DNA of 64,000 nucleotides. It comes from Enoplolaimus lenunculus. Lineage: Eukaryota. The stretch covers positions 124,001 to 188,000 of the forward strand of contig JASANG010001276.1 of the NCBI GenBank assembly GCA_030248215.1. Reading direction: 5' to 3'. A program made the position numbers and the translations under genes. The notes beneath the pieces were generated by a model. That model had not been told where the DNA came from and ran no database searches. It saw nothing but the letters and a program-made list of their open reading frames with translations. Within the stretch, counting starts at the first letter, position 1. Each line of letters opens with the position of its first letter. This document shows positions 14,101 through 25,172 of the stretch, piece after piece.

Positions 14101-17100
14101 TACGGATGTAAAAGCGCCGACATCACCGATGCCGATTAATAGGCAAATCCTTAACATATACATCCAACTCAAACTGAAGAACCGCTCTAAGGAACATATA
14201 TGACCGTCGGGCTTTTGTGAACAGGTATAATCACTCTTGAAAATATAGCTTTACTACGACTGGTTAAATACTGTATGTTTTTGAATTTTCTGACAAAAAA
14301 TTTGTATACAGTTTTTTTGTACTTTGCAGTTCGATCAAACTATTGCAACTGATTACTTCTAATCATTTGGTCATAATAGAATAATGTACTGTACCCAAAC
14401 TACTCCAAGACAGGGCGAAAATATAACACAACACTTTAACTGCAGAACCAGACATAACACCTGGCGTAAAAACATACCCAACAATTTACGTTACGCAATA
14501 GTTCATCAGCGTGATAAATAACAGAAAAGAAATTTAGCAAAACCGCAAGAATACTTATTAGGTTGCCAGCCACGCGCGCTGAAATATAATAATTCAGAGC
14601 TAACCCGCCAGATTAGGTGCTTCTCGACATGTCGTTCTGTTTCCATTAGCTGTTGCTTTCTTGTATTGTGCTTTTCGCCTTTTCGATGTTTTAGACAGTT
14701 GAGAAGATTGGTCGCGAATTGCTTGCACTGCTGCAGAATATCCAGTGGTTGAGTTACGGTGCTTGCAGTAGAAGCGTTTATGAGTGAGAAAATTGATTAT
14801 ACTGCGAAACAAATTGCGACATTGTCTTAAAAAGCTCAAAATGTCAATAAGTAAATGAGGTATACATATTCGCAATCGCAAGGTAAATACTGATGCGAAA
14901 ATGAAGCTATCGTTCTTTAGCTAGACATTATAATATCTAATCAAACAATGTTTAGAATTTTACTTTAATACGTATTTCATCCGACTCTAGCGGTTTTATA
15001 AAACACGTTAGTTAAAGACGCAGAGTGGGGTCTAATACGCTACAAACCAATCACATCATACGTGTTAACAGTAAAATAACTGAAAAATATTGATTTGTGT
15101 CATACTAGTTTTGATAGATCGTTAAGTTATATACGTTATTGTTACACGATTTTACGAAAATGCAGCCGGAACTAATCGGTGTGGGCCATAACCAGCATGA
15201 GCTGGTGTAATTTCAACCGATCAAAATTTAATCCCGTTTATTAACAAGATTGAACGAACTACTTGCAAACACACTGATTTGGAAATAATTTTTCAAAGAC
15301 AAAGTATCGAATACTTAAATTATTACGAATAATATGACACAGAACCGTGAAAACTCCGGTTCCTGCAAGCAGGAACAGGAACAGGAATTTGCACCCTGAT
15401 ATATATACGTACATATTAAACCGACCGATAACTAGAACGCGCACGCTTCAGTATATATCAGGGTACAACCGGAATTCCGGTTCCGGTAGGGAAATCAAGT
15501 ACAGGATGCCCGCGGGTCATTTTTTCAGGTCCTTGTAGGCGTCCCAAAATCAAAAGTGGACCCCCTTTTGAAAATCCTGACTAAGCATCAAGGGCGTGGC
15601 GGTACGCTTGTCGAGCATGGCGGACTGAATTCATTATCTCAGGAGTAAAGGCGACATTTAACGGACCACCGGCACTATGAATCACGTCGTTAACAAGCCG
15701 CTGGGCAATTAAAGAATCTTCGGTCAGTTTTTCAACGAGCATGTCATTGTGCATGGAGAACCCACTTTCCACGGCGGCGTTTCCGTGAGACATAATCAAC
15801 ACTACTTTTATGACAGACCACAACTCGTCATGTTCTTCCAACTTGGAAAAAATACACGAATAAATCAGGGTGGCAACAAAAAGGTTCGGATTCGGTTTCG
15901 GCAAAAATTTGAGGTTCGGATTCGGATTCGGTTGTGGAAAAGCCGAATCCAACAAAGTTCGACAGTGTTTTTCATTTTTAAGCAATGAAATTTCTAAATA
16001 CCTTGCTATAAAAATCAATATTTTTATTTCAGCTGAGAAATCTCAGAATGACGTCGGGACGAAATATATTAATGTACGTATTAAAAGTTATACGGCTGGC
16101 ATTGCGTTAATATTCTGAAACAAATTATAGATATATCTGAAATTTGCAACATGCAGGATTCGGATTCGGTTTTTGCAAATTAGCACTGGATTGGGATTCG
16201 GTCAAATCGTGGATTCGGCGCCACCCTGCAATAAATGTCATCCAATCGATCGTTGGCATAATCAGGTTTTACTTCGCCATTTTTCAGGTTTTTCCATTTT
16301 TATAACTAAGGGCTTCGAAAAAGCAAGTTTTTTCAAGTGTTTTAGTAAAAATCAGGGTTTTTCAGGGCTTTTCAGGTCGCGGGCACCCTGCAAGTATTTT
16401 TCATCGAAATTTTCCGTTTTCGATATTAAAAATGTTCTCATTCGAAAATTTAAGAAAAAATTAGCAAATATTCTACTGACACAGCTTCAAAAACTCCCTG
16501 AAGACGTGTATTGCCAAAATTTTCAATTTGTGTCATACTCTATAATTTATCATATGTTTCCACATACTACATTTGACTTGTTTCAAGATTTTGACGAGAG
16601 GTGTGTTTGCACCATTAAAAAGCGACAAAAGAGCGTTAAAAGTTAATTTTGCGGTATATAACATATAACAAGTATTTTTCCTTTTCTGGTTCCGACTCCG
16701 GTATTTTTAAACTTTCCGGTTCCGGTATAAATAAACCATCGAAAGTACTAGACTTCGCTGTCGTGGATAATGAAAATCTAAAATACAGCAAAAAAATAAA
16801 ATAAAGAAGAATTTTGCGGTGGTATGTATTTCTCACTTTCCAACCCCGGTATTTTTTCAAATTCCAGTTCCTGTCAATTGTAATTCCGGTTGCACCCTGA
16901 TATATATAATCAATACACTTCGCCAATATGACATGCACTCGAAGTAACAAGCAACAGAATTCAACAACCGAACATACCGGCATTCCAAAACAACGTCACA
17001 ACCGTCATACAACAAATTCTTAACTTCCTGAGTTCCGTCTTTCACAATTTTTTCAATCTAAAATTAGAAAAAATCAATAACAAAAGAAAATTAAGATTAC

Positions 17101-19232
17101 AGACAATACAGTCAGATTTTTTAGAAACACAAATTACACGTTCACTTCTAAATTATTATATAACATGATTTACAACTAACTATGATTATAAAAATGCAAA
17201 ATTTCCAGTATTTCTATAACGGAAACGGACATCGGTTCTGACTAGTAGTCGCAATAATATACAGATATTAAAACCTGAACCGGTACCCGCTGTACCGATT
17301 TTGATAAGCATTGTTGTTTAAAAACTTATTATTCTGGGGTGTTACAGGTACGACCGGATGCCGGATATTTACTTGGTTGCGGTGCCGAACATTATAAAAC
17401 TGCTTTTTACAAGTGAGCGTATTTATCATCTTGCTGCGATTACAATTCTGGGTGGGCAAGATATTCTTTAAGTACAGAAGTAGGCAGGGTGCGACCGGAT
17501 ACAGAATTTTTGAGCGGAAAAGGAACCAGATACCGTATATATATTTTATAATAATTTATTTTTTCGCTTTATTTTTAGCGTGCTCAAGGTTTTCCTGTCA
17601 TAAGGTTGATAATTGCTGGCTCGCGTACATCAGTTAAAAGTAGCTGAAAACCTACGTATCAAAACTTGAACTTCTTGGGTTGGCCAGAAATGTAATCGCA
17701 GCAAGATGTTAAAGACGATCACTTGTAAAAAGCGGTTTTATGATATACGGGACCACAACCGTAAATATCCGGCAGGGTTATACCGGATACCGAAACCGGA
17801 TACGGATATCAATTTTTACCGGATATTACACCGGAACCGGATATCCGGTCGCACCCTGATAATAGCTGACAGCAGTAAATAAAATAAATTATAAAAGAAA
17901 CTCTGCGAGCAAACAGAACGGGAAGTTAAACGCCTTTCGCATTACATAATTTCAGTTTATTAGCATCAATTGTGAACTTTATAACAGACACTGACATTAA
18001 ACACGCTGAAGAACAACAAAAAACTAATTATATAAACAAATGCCGTACAATATCCAATTCCAATTACGGTAAAAATTTCCATATCCGTATCCGGTACCCG
18101 GTAAATTAATATGCGGTGCACCCTGGTATTAATTTCGCACAGGGGTTTTACAGTTCTGAGCAGTTTGCTAACTACCAAGGTGCAACCGGAATTAAAAAAA
18201 TTTCTTTTTTACTATTATTCATTGAAATAACCCAGTTGAAGTAGGTATTTACTTGATATGCCGAAGTTTAGAATTTCATTGCCCACGGAAGCGAAATCTA
18301 CCGTTGATGGTTTAAACACTATATATACTAGTAAAATGTGATTTACTTTTATCACCCAAACTTTAAAAACGTCCAAAATTTAATTCAGAATTTTTAATTC
18401 CGGGAAAAATATACCGGAACCGGAAGGTAAAAAATACTGGAACAGGAACTCCAGTTGCACCCTGTACAAATTATCCGTATGTATAGTGACGAACTTTGTA
18501 GTTCCGATTCCGATTGCGGTATAAATTTGATGTTTTGAGTTCGTTACAATACAGTTCCGCTTTGCGCTCTGGCTACAAATGATCACATTTTAGTACTAAA
18601 AGCTTTTTGGGTGCGAGTAAGCTGAATTTAAAGTTTACAAGTCCCCGGAACAGCGAAATGATTAGCCAGCTAATTACTTAGCATAATACCTTAATTGGTT
18701 AAGCCTGGATTAAGAATTTTTAAATAATTTAACTGATTATAAGGGTTAACAGCGATTCGATTTGATTTCAGTACTAAGGGTTTTGTGGCGTGAAGAATTT
18801 CAATTAAAATGTTTTAGAATCATCCACAACAGACAAATGAATAGCTAGCTACTAAGTAATTTCCATATTAATTACGTATGCCAATAATGGAAGTTGCGTT
18901 GTGCGGGCATGAGAAATTTAAATAAATATAGCGTTTAAAAATTGGAACAGTTTCAAATTAATTTCTCGATACCCAATTAGTACGTATGTTTGGTATACAT
19001 GAGCTGTAACAGTAAAGCCATTATATATCTTATAGGTACCTACGGGATTACAATTGAGTGTTGTAGGCCATACCCATAGGTATCTCAATACACGTAGTTC
19101 CTCTACGGTTGCATTAGTAAATGTTCGATATGCTTTGGGAATTTGAAATTCACTACTTACCTGCTGTATTCCAGTCAATCCACACAATACCGACGACGTT
19201 AAAATTGATTCATCTATTTTGGATTCAGACAT
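8144..19232 (-). CDS. ZNF800-like C2H2/C2HC zinc-finger protein, 4 coding exons (19232-19161, 17057-16978, 14825-14605, 11391-8144), about 1206 aa
   Basis: The spliced N-terminus reads MSESKIDESILTSSVLCGLTGIQQ|IEKIVKDGTQEVKNLLYDGCDVVLECR|QCRNLFRSIINFLTHKRFYC. This resembles the conserved ZNF800 N-terminal block (GIQQI...GT...L...D...EC..CR.LFR...N..THK.FYC). All junctions are GT-AG with compatible phases 0/2/1. The large last exon holds further fingers: CMVC..HMSFYH, CMLC..HLMKTHH and CSNCGKSF..HTDYC. Orthology is inferred from motif recall. Confidence 0.8.
12866..13240. mobile_element. hAT-type MITE (CAGGG..CAACCGGA / TCCGGTTGCACCCTG family)
   Basis: TIRs and an exact 8-bp TSD GTGTAGGG. Relatives occur at about 15459-16899, 17486-17858, 18178-18464, 35387-36150, 41627-41976, 46870-47298 and 60875-61300. 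Confidence 0.8.
13244..13650. mobile_element. MITE with TIR TAGGGATGTGCC / GGCACATCCCTA
   Basis: Perfect 12-bp TIR. Related sequence at about 13665-14150 and 38598-38910. Confidence 0.65.
15502..16390. mobile_element. Deleted hAT-superfamily DNA transposon with 6-bp TSD
   Basis: TIRs CAGGATGCCCGCG / CGCGGGCACCCTG, flanked on both sides by CAAGTA. It carries a transposase remnant. Confidence 0.7.
15581..15860 (-). pseudogene. C-terminal transposase fragment (hAT-like dimerisation region)
   Basis: ELWSVIKVVLIMSHGNAAVESGFS..N..L..KLTEDSLIAQRLVND resembles the hAT-type 'S...ER.FS' catalytic-Glu/dimerisation region. It is truncated upstream by a MITE at 15866-16228. Confidence 0.65.
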
Positions 19233-21020
19233 TATTTGAAGAAATGTGCAGTAAGACTGGACAATAAACCCATACCTACATCCAGTTACAAAAATATCTC
19301 GATTTCGATATCCTGAATCTAGTAAAATAACCTTTTCCATATATAAATATATTCAATTTTATCTGAATGCCATTTGAAGCTAGGATTAGAAATCCAGTCG
19401 CACGGGTAAGAAGCGTTTACCGTCAGCACGCACACAAATTATATATTATCAGTCTAGCCAATGAATATGAAGTACATATTTCGATTTGCTATGCTATTCA
19501 ATCATGCTATTTTTGCTTATGGCCATCAAGAAATTGCCGCTGCAAGTCTTATGAATGAATTTCTAACAAAACTTGCACATGCATGTCTAGGTGAGAGAAA
19601 CATTCAAGAGTGAAGGTTTTTATCGGAATATTTTGGCTTAAATACACTATTAAATCCTGCAATTTCCATCTAGTGCTTAAAAGAAAATAAAAGCACAGGA
19701 CGGAAATATTTCGATCGGCATTGGACGATGCTGGCTATGATTTTTAGTTAATTATTTACCGCTGCAAGTTTTGCGAACGGGATTTCGAACAAAACTTGCA
19801 AGGACAAGTTGCAGCTGCAAGCTCTCGCAGTAAAAACTTGCACGTGTGAACAGGGCTTTACAAAGATTGACTTCACATTTAGCTATAAAATAGAAGCGGA
19901 TAAGCTAAATGTAAGTTTACACTGCGAATCAAAAATCATAAACAACTTTAGTAGCTTATTCATACGTGCACATTTTGCAGCTAAAACTTGCATTTGTTAA
20001 CAGGGTATGAGATCTGTAAGCACAAAAAATTAAGTAAAAAACTTATGAAACCTTTGAGTTGCACAGCATAGCATTGAGTTTTAGCTGAACAACCGAATAT
20101 TGCTGAACAACCGGCACTAGTTTTACTTAAAGGATTGCTCAACGACCGGCACTAGTTTTACTTACAGGAAAGAGTTGCAATCTTTTAAAGGCGTTTTCTC
20201 CGTTATGGTTTTTGGCATAACAATGACGCCCTATTCTTCGCTAGTTTTGGAATATGTGCCGCATAATTAAAACCATGTCTGTCCCTTGTTTTAACTTTAC
20301 GTGCAACTTGCAGCAAATCAAATTCAAAATGCCACTCCCTGAAGTCTAATAACTATTTGAATGAAGTTCAACGCATGTTATTCTTAGGAGCGTCCGAAAT
20401 TTGGATAGGCCTTGGAATTATCCTTGGGCTCAATTTTGTCAGAGAGTTAGGATTTAATTTAGGCTTCTTCATTCTTTTGAGTTTCCAAATTACGATTGAA
20501 TAACTATCTCTAAGTTTGTGATTTTTTCTTAGGGCTTGTACAAAGACTTGTGTTTCACATGATTTACGTAGCTAGGTGCCGTGAAATTATCGGAATTATT
20601 GAGGCAAGTTTCGTTAAATGCTTGCACGTTCTAATGATTGCACTAGGAAAAGTACGGGCTTGAAAGCGTTCTCTTTTCCAGGTATGTTTGCAGAATTTAG
20701 ATTATCAACTAGACTGTTTTATTTCTGGCTAGGAAATATGCATGGAGGAAAGTAAAAACCTCGTGCTGATTCTCACATTGGTTATACGCTGATGCATATG
20801 TAGTGCCTTCATATGCAGAAACGATAAAAACACGGTAGAACCAAGATACATGTGTGTAATGATTAGGTTTTATAAAGCCCTGTTCACACGTGCAAGTTTT
20901 TGTTACGAGAACTTGCAGCTGCAACTTGCACTTCCAAGTTTTGTCCCAAATCCCGTTCGAAAAATTTTCAGCTGCAAATAATTTATTAAAAAACATAGCA
21001 AGGAATTTAGTTCACATGTG

Positions 21021-21910
21021 TGTGGGGGCGTAGTGTCTGCTGCGCCACACTAATCTCCCCTAGCTGTGCTAGATACCGCCCCTGGAACCCACCTAAGCGT
21101 GTCTGGCCCTGAAATAATAATTTTGATTTTAATTTTTATTATTGTGTTTTGAATGACTTAGCTAGTGGTGATGACGAAATTGTCATCACCACGTGTGTTA
21201 TGTTGTTATATTTGTATTTATTTATAGTGGTGATGACGAAATAGTCATCACCACGCATTTTATGATGATGTTGTTTCTGTTGTATTTATTACAACAGTGT
21301 GGAGGCGACGATTTTATTTACGCGGCGCCTAATTTATTCAAATTAGGCGGAGGTAGCCTGGCCTCCAAAACAATTCATATTTATTCTGAGATTTTGTTGA
21401 CAAGATTCGGTCGGTAATTTAAAAGAGTTTCGGGAATTGTATTTAAAACTGGTTTTGCAGCATTGGTTTGGCGAATTATTTTATTGGTGTTATTATGAGT
21501 TTTATGGTTTTCTGTACGGACGACGGCATCGGTTGAACGTAAGTACAAATTACTGTTGGGATTTAAGTCAGAATACAATCCAGGCTTTAAGCTAGTGGAT
21601 TAGTATTTTGCGCAGGCGCTGCGTCTTAGATATCAAGTATTGTGCGTTTCGCGGCGCGCAGATTAGCCTTTGGGCAACACATTGATCTAAGTTTCGTAGC
21701 GCGTAAATAAAATTTACTCCCCGTGTCGTTGTTGCGAGCGAGTAAGGGAGCACACACTTACAATAATTACCGGAGATCGCGACCGTACCTTTTGCAGCCC
21801 AAGAGTTCTCGGATTTCCTTTGTGCTGCTTTCCCCCATATTATAGCCCCAATTTCTGTACACAACTACACAAATACACAACTACACCTCTAAATCCATAC
21901 AAATCCGACA
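21021..21910 (+). repeat. 5' LTR (890 bp)
   Basis: Starts TGTGGGGGCG and ends AAATCCGACA. It is a direct repeat of 28712-29600, with about 12 substitutions and 1 indel by manual comparison. Confidence 0.96.
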
Positions 21911-21922
21911 TGGTGACCACGA
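21911..21922 (+). promoter_or_regulatory. Primer-binding site, probably for tRNA-Arg
   Basis: TGGTGACCACGA directly follows the LTR. TGG pairs with the tRNA CCA end, and the rest is complementary to ...UCGUGGUC(A/G), the 3' acceptor strand of animal tRNA-Arg(TCG)-type tRNAs as recalled. The isotype is inferred. Confidence 0.7.
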
Positions 21923-21953
21923 TGGTCTCCGGTACAAATTTTAAAATCCCTCA

Positions 21954-24900
21954 ATGGACCCCAAAAATTTGGATAGTTCACAAAGTAAAAATACAATTCC
22001 CCCTTCCCAAATATTAACACGTAGACAAACAAAATTACAAATAATCCCACACACACAACAAAACACAATGGATTCTCTTGCTAGCGAGACGTCGTTATTA
22101 GACGACGAATTACCAACAACTAGTGTTACTAGTGGAAATATTGAACATGATAATTCCATGACGCGCTTCAAACCCATAGGAAAAGGCAAGACACTTGCCA
22201 GAACACCGCCCAGAATACAAACAGGGCGAGAAACAATACAACCACAACCCCCTACAATAGTGCCAAAGGGAATTGATCAGGATACAATGTTAAAACTAGT
22301 AGACACAATAGTCACAAATAAAAACGTGGCGATTGATAAAAAACCAGTGCCACGAGAAATAAACATAAACGCTCTTAGCGAGAAAACACAAGACAGTTTA
22401 TTGGAAACAGAAACAAAAGCCGCATATGCGGCAGAAACACATTTGCCGCAAAGCTGCGAGATCCTACAATTAACAAACATAAAAAATACAATAGAAACAG
22501 AAATACAAAAGTTGGTTACCGATAGTATCCGAAACCAACTACAATTAGCGGTAACACGGTTACCAGAAACACAGGTATACACGGATCATTATCCGAATAG
22601 TAACCTGCAAAATGCACAACAACAAGACACTGTTGGGCATATAATAGCGCAACAGCAGAATACAGAACCGGGTAATACCCCAGTTCAGCAGTGGTTACAG
22701 CAACAGTTAGTAACAGCAAAGCTGTTGGAAAAACTACCACCAGCTGAACAGTTAGAATATTTAAATATTCACAACACCAGAAAAACAAATAACAAGAGTA
22801 CGCGGCAAAGTTCAGCGAGATCAACACCAGAACCACAACATTCCCCAGAAAATGTATTGCAATCAGGTCCGCAGGCCACACAGCCTGCGGAGATTGTAGT
22901 GAAGTTTCCTAATAGAATTCCAACAGTTCCCACATATGATGGGACTTCGGATTTTTACACCTTTTACAAAAAATTCGAAAGGATTTTAAGAACATCGGAA
23001 GTTACAGACATAACAACGAAATTACGTTGTTTTAAAAATAGTTTAAAAGGAATTGCAGAAAAATTCCTAGATCTAAAAGAAGAAAATGTGGAATATACCA
23101 CAGAAAATTACAACATTATGATAAGGGAATTTCAGGAACGGTTCGGTGAATCAACCGATCTTAGTACTAGAATGGCTACATTCCAAAAAATTAAACAAAC
23201 GGGAAGCGTAAACGATTACGCTGATGAATTACAATCTTATTGGATCCGACATTTAGAAAAGAATTTTACAAACACGGCAGAAGCACAAGAGCTTCTTTGC
23301 CAAACCTTTATGAATAATACAATAACACCTATTAGACATAAGTTACAATTAGGAATTGTGGAATCGTTTGAACAACTACGATTCCGCGCCCTAAAATTAG
23401 AAAAGCAATTACAATTAGAAGGAATTACACTAGAAAACGGAAATAATTCTTCCGGAAAAGGAAAGAATCAAAGCACACAAGGAACAGAAAAGTCTACTAA
23501 TACAAAAATTAGTAGCAACCAAGAACAGCTACAGAACAGACAAACTAATACGTTTGTCCGAAAAACAACGGATCAGTTAACTCAGCTAAAAGCAACTGGT
23601 GCATGTTACAGATGCACACAGAAAGGCCATTTGGCCAAAGATTGCCCGTTAAAATCAACGGACAATTCAGGGACCCTAAATAAAAGTCAAAATAACCAAA
23701 CAAAAGCCACGGAGCAAGCACCATGCTCATACTGTGGCAGAAATAACCATAATGAGAAAGATTGTTTCTCTAATCCTGCAAATAAATGCAGTTTTTGCGG
23801 GTGGGGAAATCATAAATCAGAAGAATGTTATCGCAACCCAGCGCGTAATAATAAAGAATCAACACCAAAACAAAATGCCGTAGCTAGTAACATAGCAACA
23901 AATAACCAGGGAAAGGCACCGACCGAGGTGTCGGTACCAACAGGAACACAACAAAACTTGGAGACATATGCTTGCCGAATTAGGAAAGCAACGGAAACAT
24001 CGGTGTCATTCATTGCTAATATTCCGATATACTCTACCTTATCGGAATACTCCAAACCCACAGGGTTTCACATAGAAGCAAGAATAGCAGACTACATTAT
24101 AACAGCAATGCTAGACACAGGAGCTGATGTCTCCTTAATGCACAAAGAAGTATATGAATTATACTTTAAACAACTTCCATTAAAGGAAGACATAAAAATA
24201 ACATGTAAATCTTTTGACAATAGATTAACGGAAAAAACATTCGGTTACATTGAAACAAAAATAGAAATTGCTGGAATAAGCAAAGTGGTCAAGATACATA
24301 TAGCCCCAAGAATGCAATTGGGGTTAATATTCGGAGATGATATCTTAAACACATTCGGATTGGTGCTAGACTATGCACAACAATCCGTAGTCATCGAAGG
24401 AAGCCGTATTCCTTCATGGAAATTACATTATAAAAAAGAAAATAACAAAATAGAGGACAAATATACGGAGAATCCATTTCCCCGTATAATTTTGAAAAGA
24501 CCGTCGCCAGAAAGGGCGAACGAAATACCTGATAGAAAAGAGAAGGCGGAAACAGAAAAGGAGACGCCTGAACAGGCGGGAATAAAAAATAAAACGCCTG
24601 AACAAATCGAGTACAATGAAGCCTCGATATGCAAGATAAAAATTGACACAATAATGATAGTACATTGTCAGATAGATAACACTAATACCTCTAATAAAGA
24701 GGTAGTAGTAGAACCAAAACAGGTTGATGACCAGATACTAATACCGCACACTTTAGTGCGGGTATCGGAAGGAAATATATTCATTCCTATTACTAATCTA
24801 AATGATAAACCACTGACTATAAGCGCTAATAAAAGCGTGGCAACGGTAGTGCAACCGTTGCAAATAGAACAAATAATAACGCAAGAAGAAGTAACAAATA

Positions 24901-25172
24901 ACGTGGAAGAAATAAAAAAGGAAACAGAAAACAACAGCAACACAAACGTGGAAACCATAAACACGGTAGTTGCGTCACGAGAACACAGTGAATCGCAACA
25001 ACTTAAAAATTTTAAAGAATGGTTGATGGAACAATCAAACCATTTCGAACATGAAATACTCCCTGAGGGAGTACAATTAGATGGAAAAGAATTAGATGGA
25101 AAACAAATAAAATTTTTGAAAACATTATTACACTTAAACAATGACATTTTGGACAAGAACACAAGAAATTAG
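21954..25172 (+). CDS. gag: Gag (three CCHC zinc knuckles) plus aspartic protease
   Basis: 1072-aa ORF with a capsid-like VPTYDGT..F...FE region. Knuckles CYRCTQKGHLAKDC, CSYCGRNNHNEKDC and CSFCGWGNHKSEEC. Protease motifs AMLDTGADVS and LIFGDDIL. Confidence 0.93.
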   Translation: MDPKNLDSSQSKNTIPPSQILTRRQTKLQIIPHTQQNTMDSLASETSLLDDELPTTSVTSGNIEHDNSMTRFKPIGKGKTLARTPPRIQTGRETIQPQPPTIVPKGIDQDTMLKLVDTIVTNKNVAIDKKPVPREININALSEKTQDSLLETETKAAYAAETHLPQSCEILQLTNIKNTIETEIQKLVTDSIRNQLQLAVTRLPETQVYTDHYPNSNLQNAQQQDTVGHIIAQQQNTEPGNTPVQQWLQQQLVTAKLLEKLPPAEQLEYLNIHNTRKTNNKSTRQSSARSTPEPQHSPENVLQSGPQATQPAEIVVKFPNRIPTVPTYDGTSDFYTFYKKFERILRTSEVTDITTKLRCFKNSLKGIAEKFLDLKEENVEYTTENYNIMIREFQERFGESTDLSTRMATFQKIKQTGSVNDYADELQSYWIRHLEKNFTNTAEAQELLCQTFMNNTITPIRHKLQLGIVESFEQLRFRALKLEKQLQLEGITLENGNNSSGKGKNQSTQGTEKSTNTKISSNQEQLQNRQTNTFVRKTTDQLTQLKATGACYRCTQKGHLAKDCPLKSTDNSGTLNKSQNNQTKATEQAPCSYCGRNNHNEKDCFSNPANKCSFCGWGNHKSEECYRNPARNNKESTPKQNAVASNIATNNQGKAPTEVSVPTGTQQNLETYACRIRKATETSVSFIANIPIYSTLSEYSKPTGFHIEARIADYIITAMLDTGADVSLMHKEVYELYFKQLPLKEDIKITCKSFDNRLTEKTFGYIETKIEIAGISKVVKIHIAPRMQLGLIFGDDILNTFGLVLDYAQQSVVIEGSRIPSWKLHYKKENNKIEDKYTENPFPRIILKRPSPERANEIPDRKEKAETEKETPEQAGIKNKTPEQIEYNEASICKIKIDTIMIVHCQIDNTNTSNKEVVVEPKQVDDQILIPHTLVRVSEGNIFIPITNLNDKPLTISANKSVATVVQPLQIEQIITQEEVTNNVEEIKKETENNSNTNVETINTVVASREHSESQQLKNFKEWLMEQSNHFEHEILPEGVQLDGKELDGKQIKFLKTLLHLNNDILDKNTRN

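Noticed and set aside
21193..21578. Duplicated small ORFs at 21193/28884 and 21381/29072
   Set aside because: They are incidental frames inside the two LTR copies.
25170..25172. Stop-codon readthrough at the gag-pro TAG
   Set aside because: Pol is in a different frame (-1), so readthrough would not join the two ORFs.
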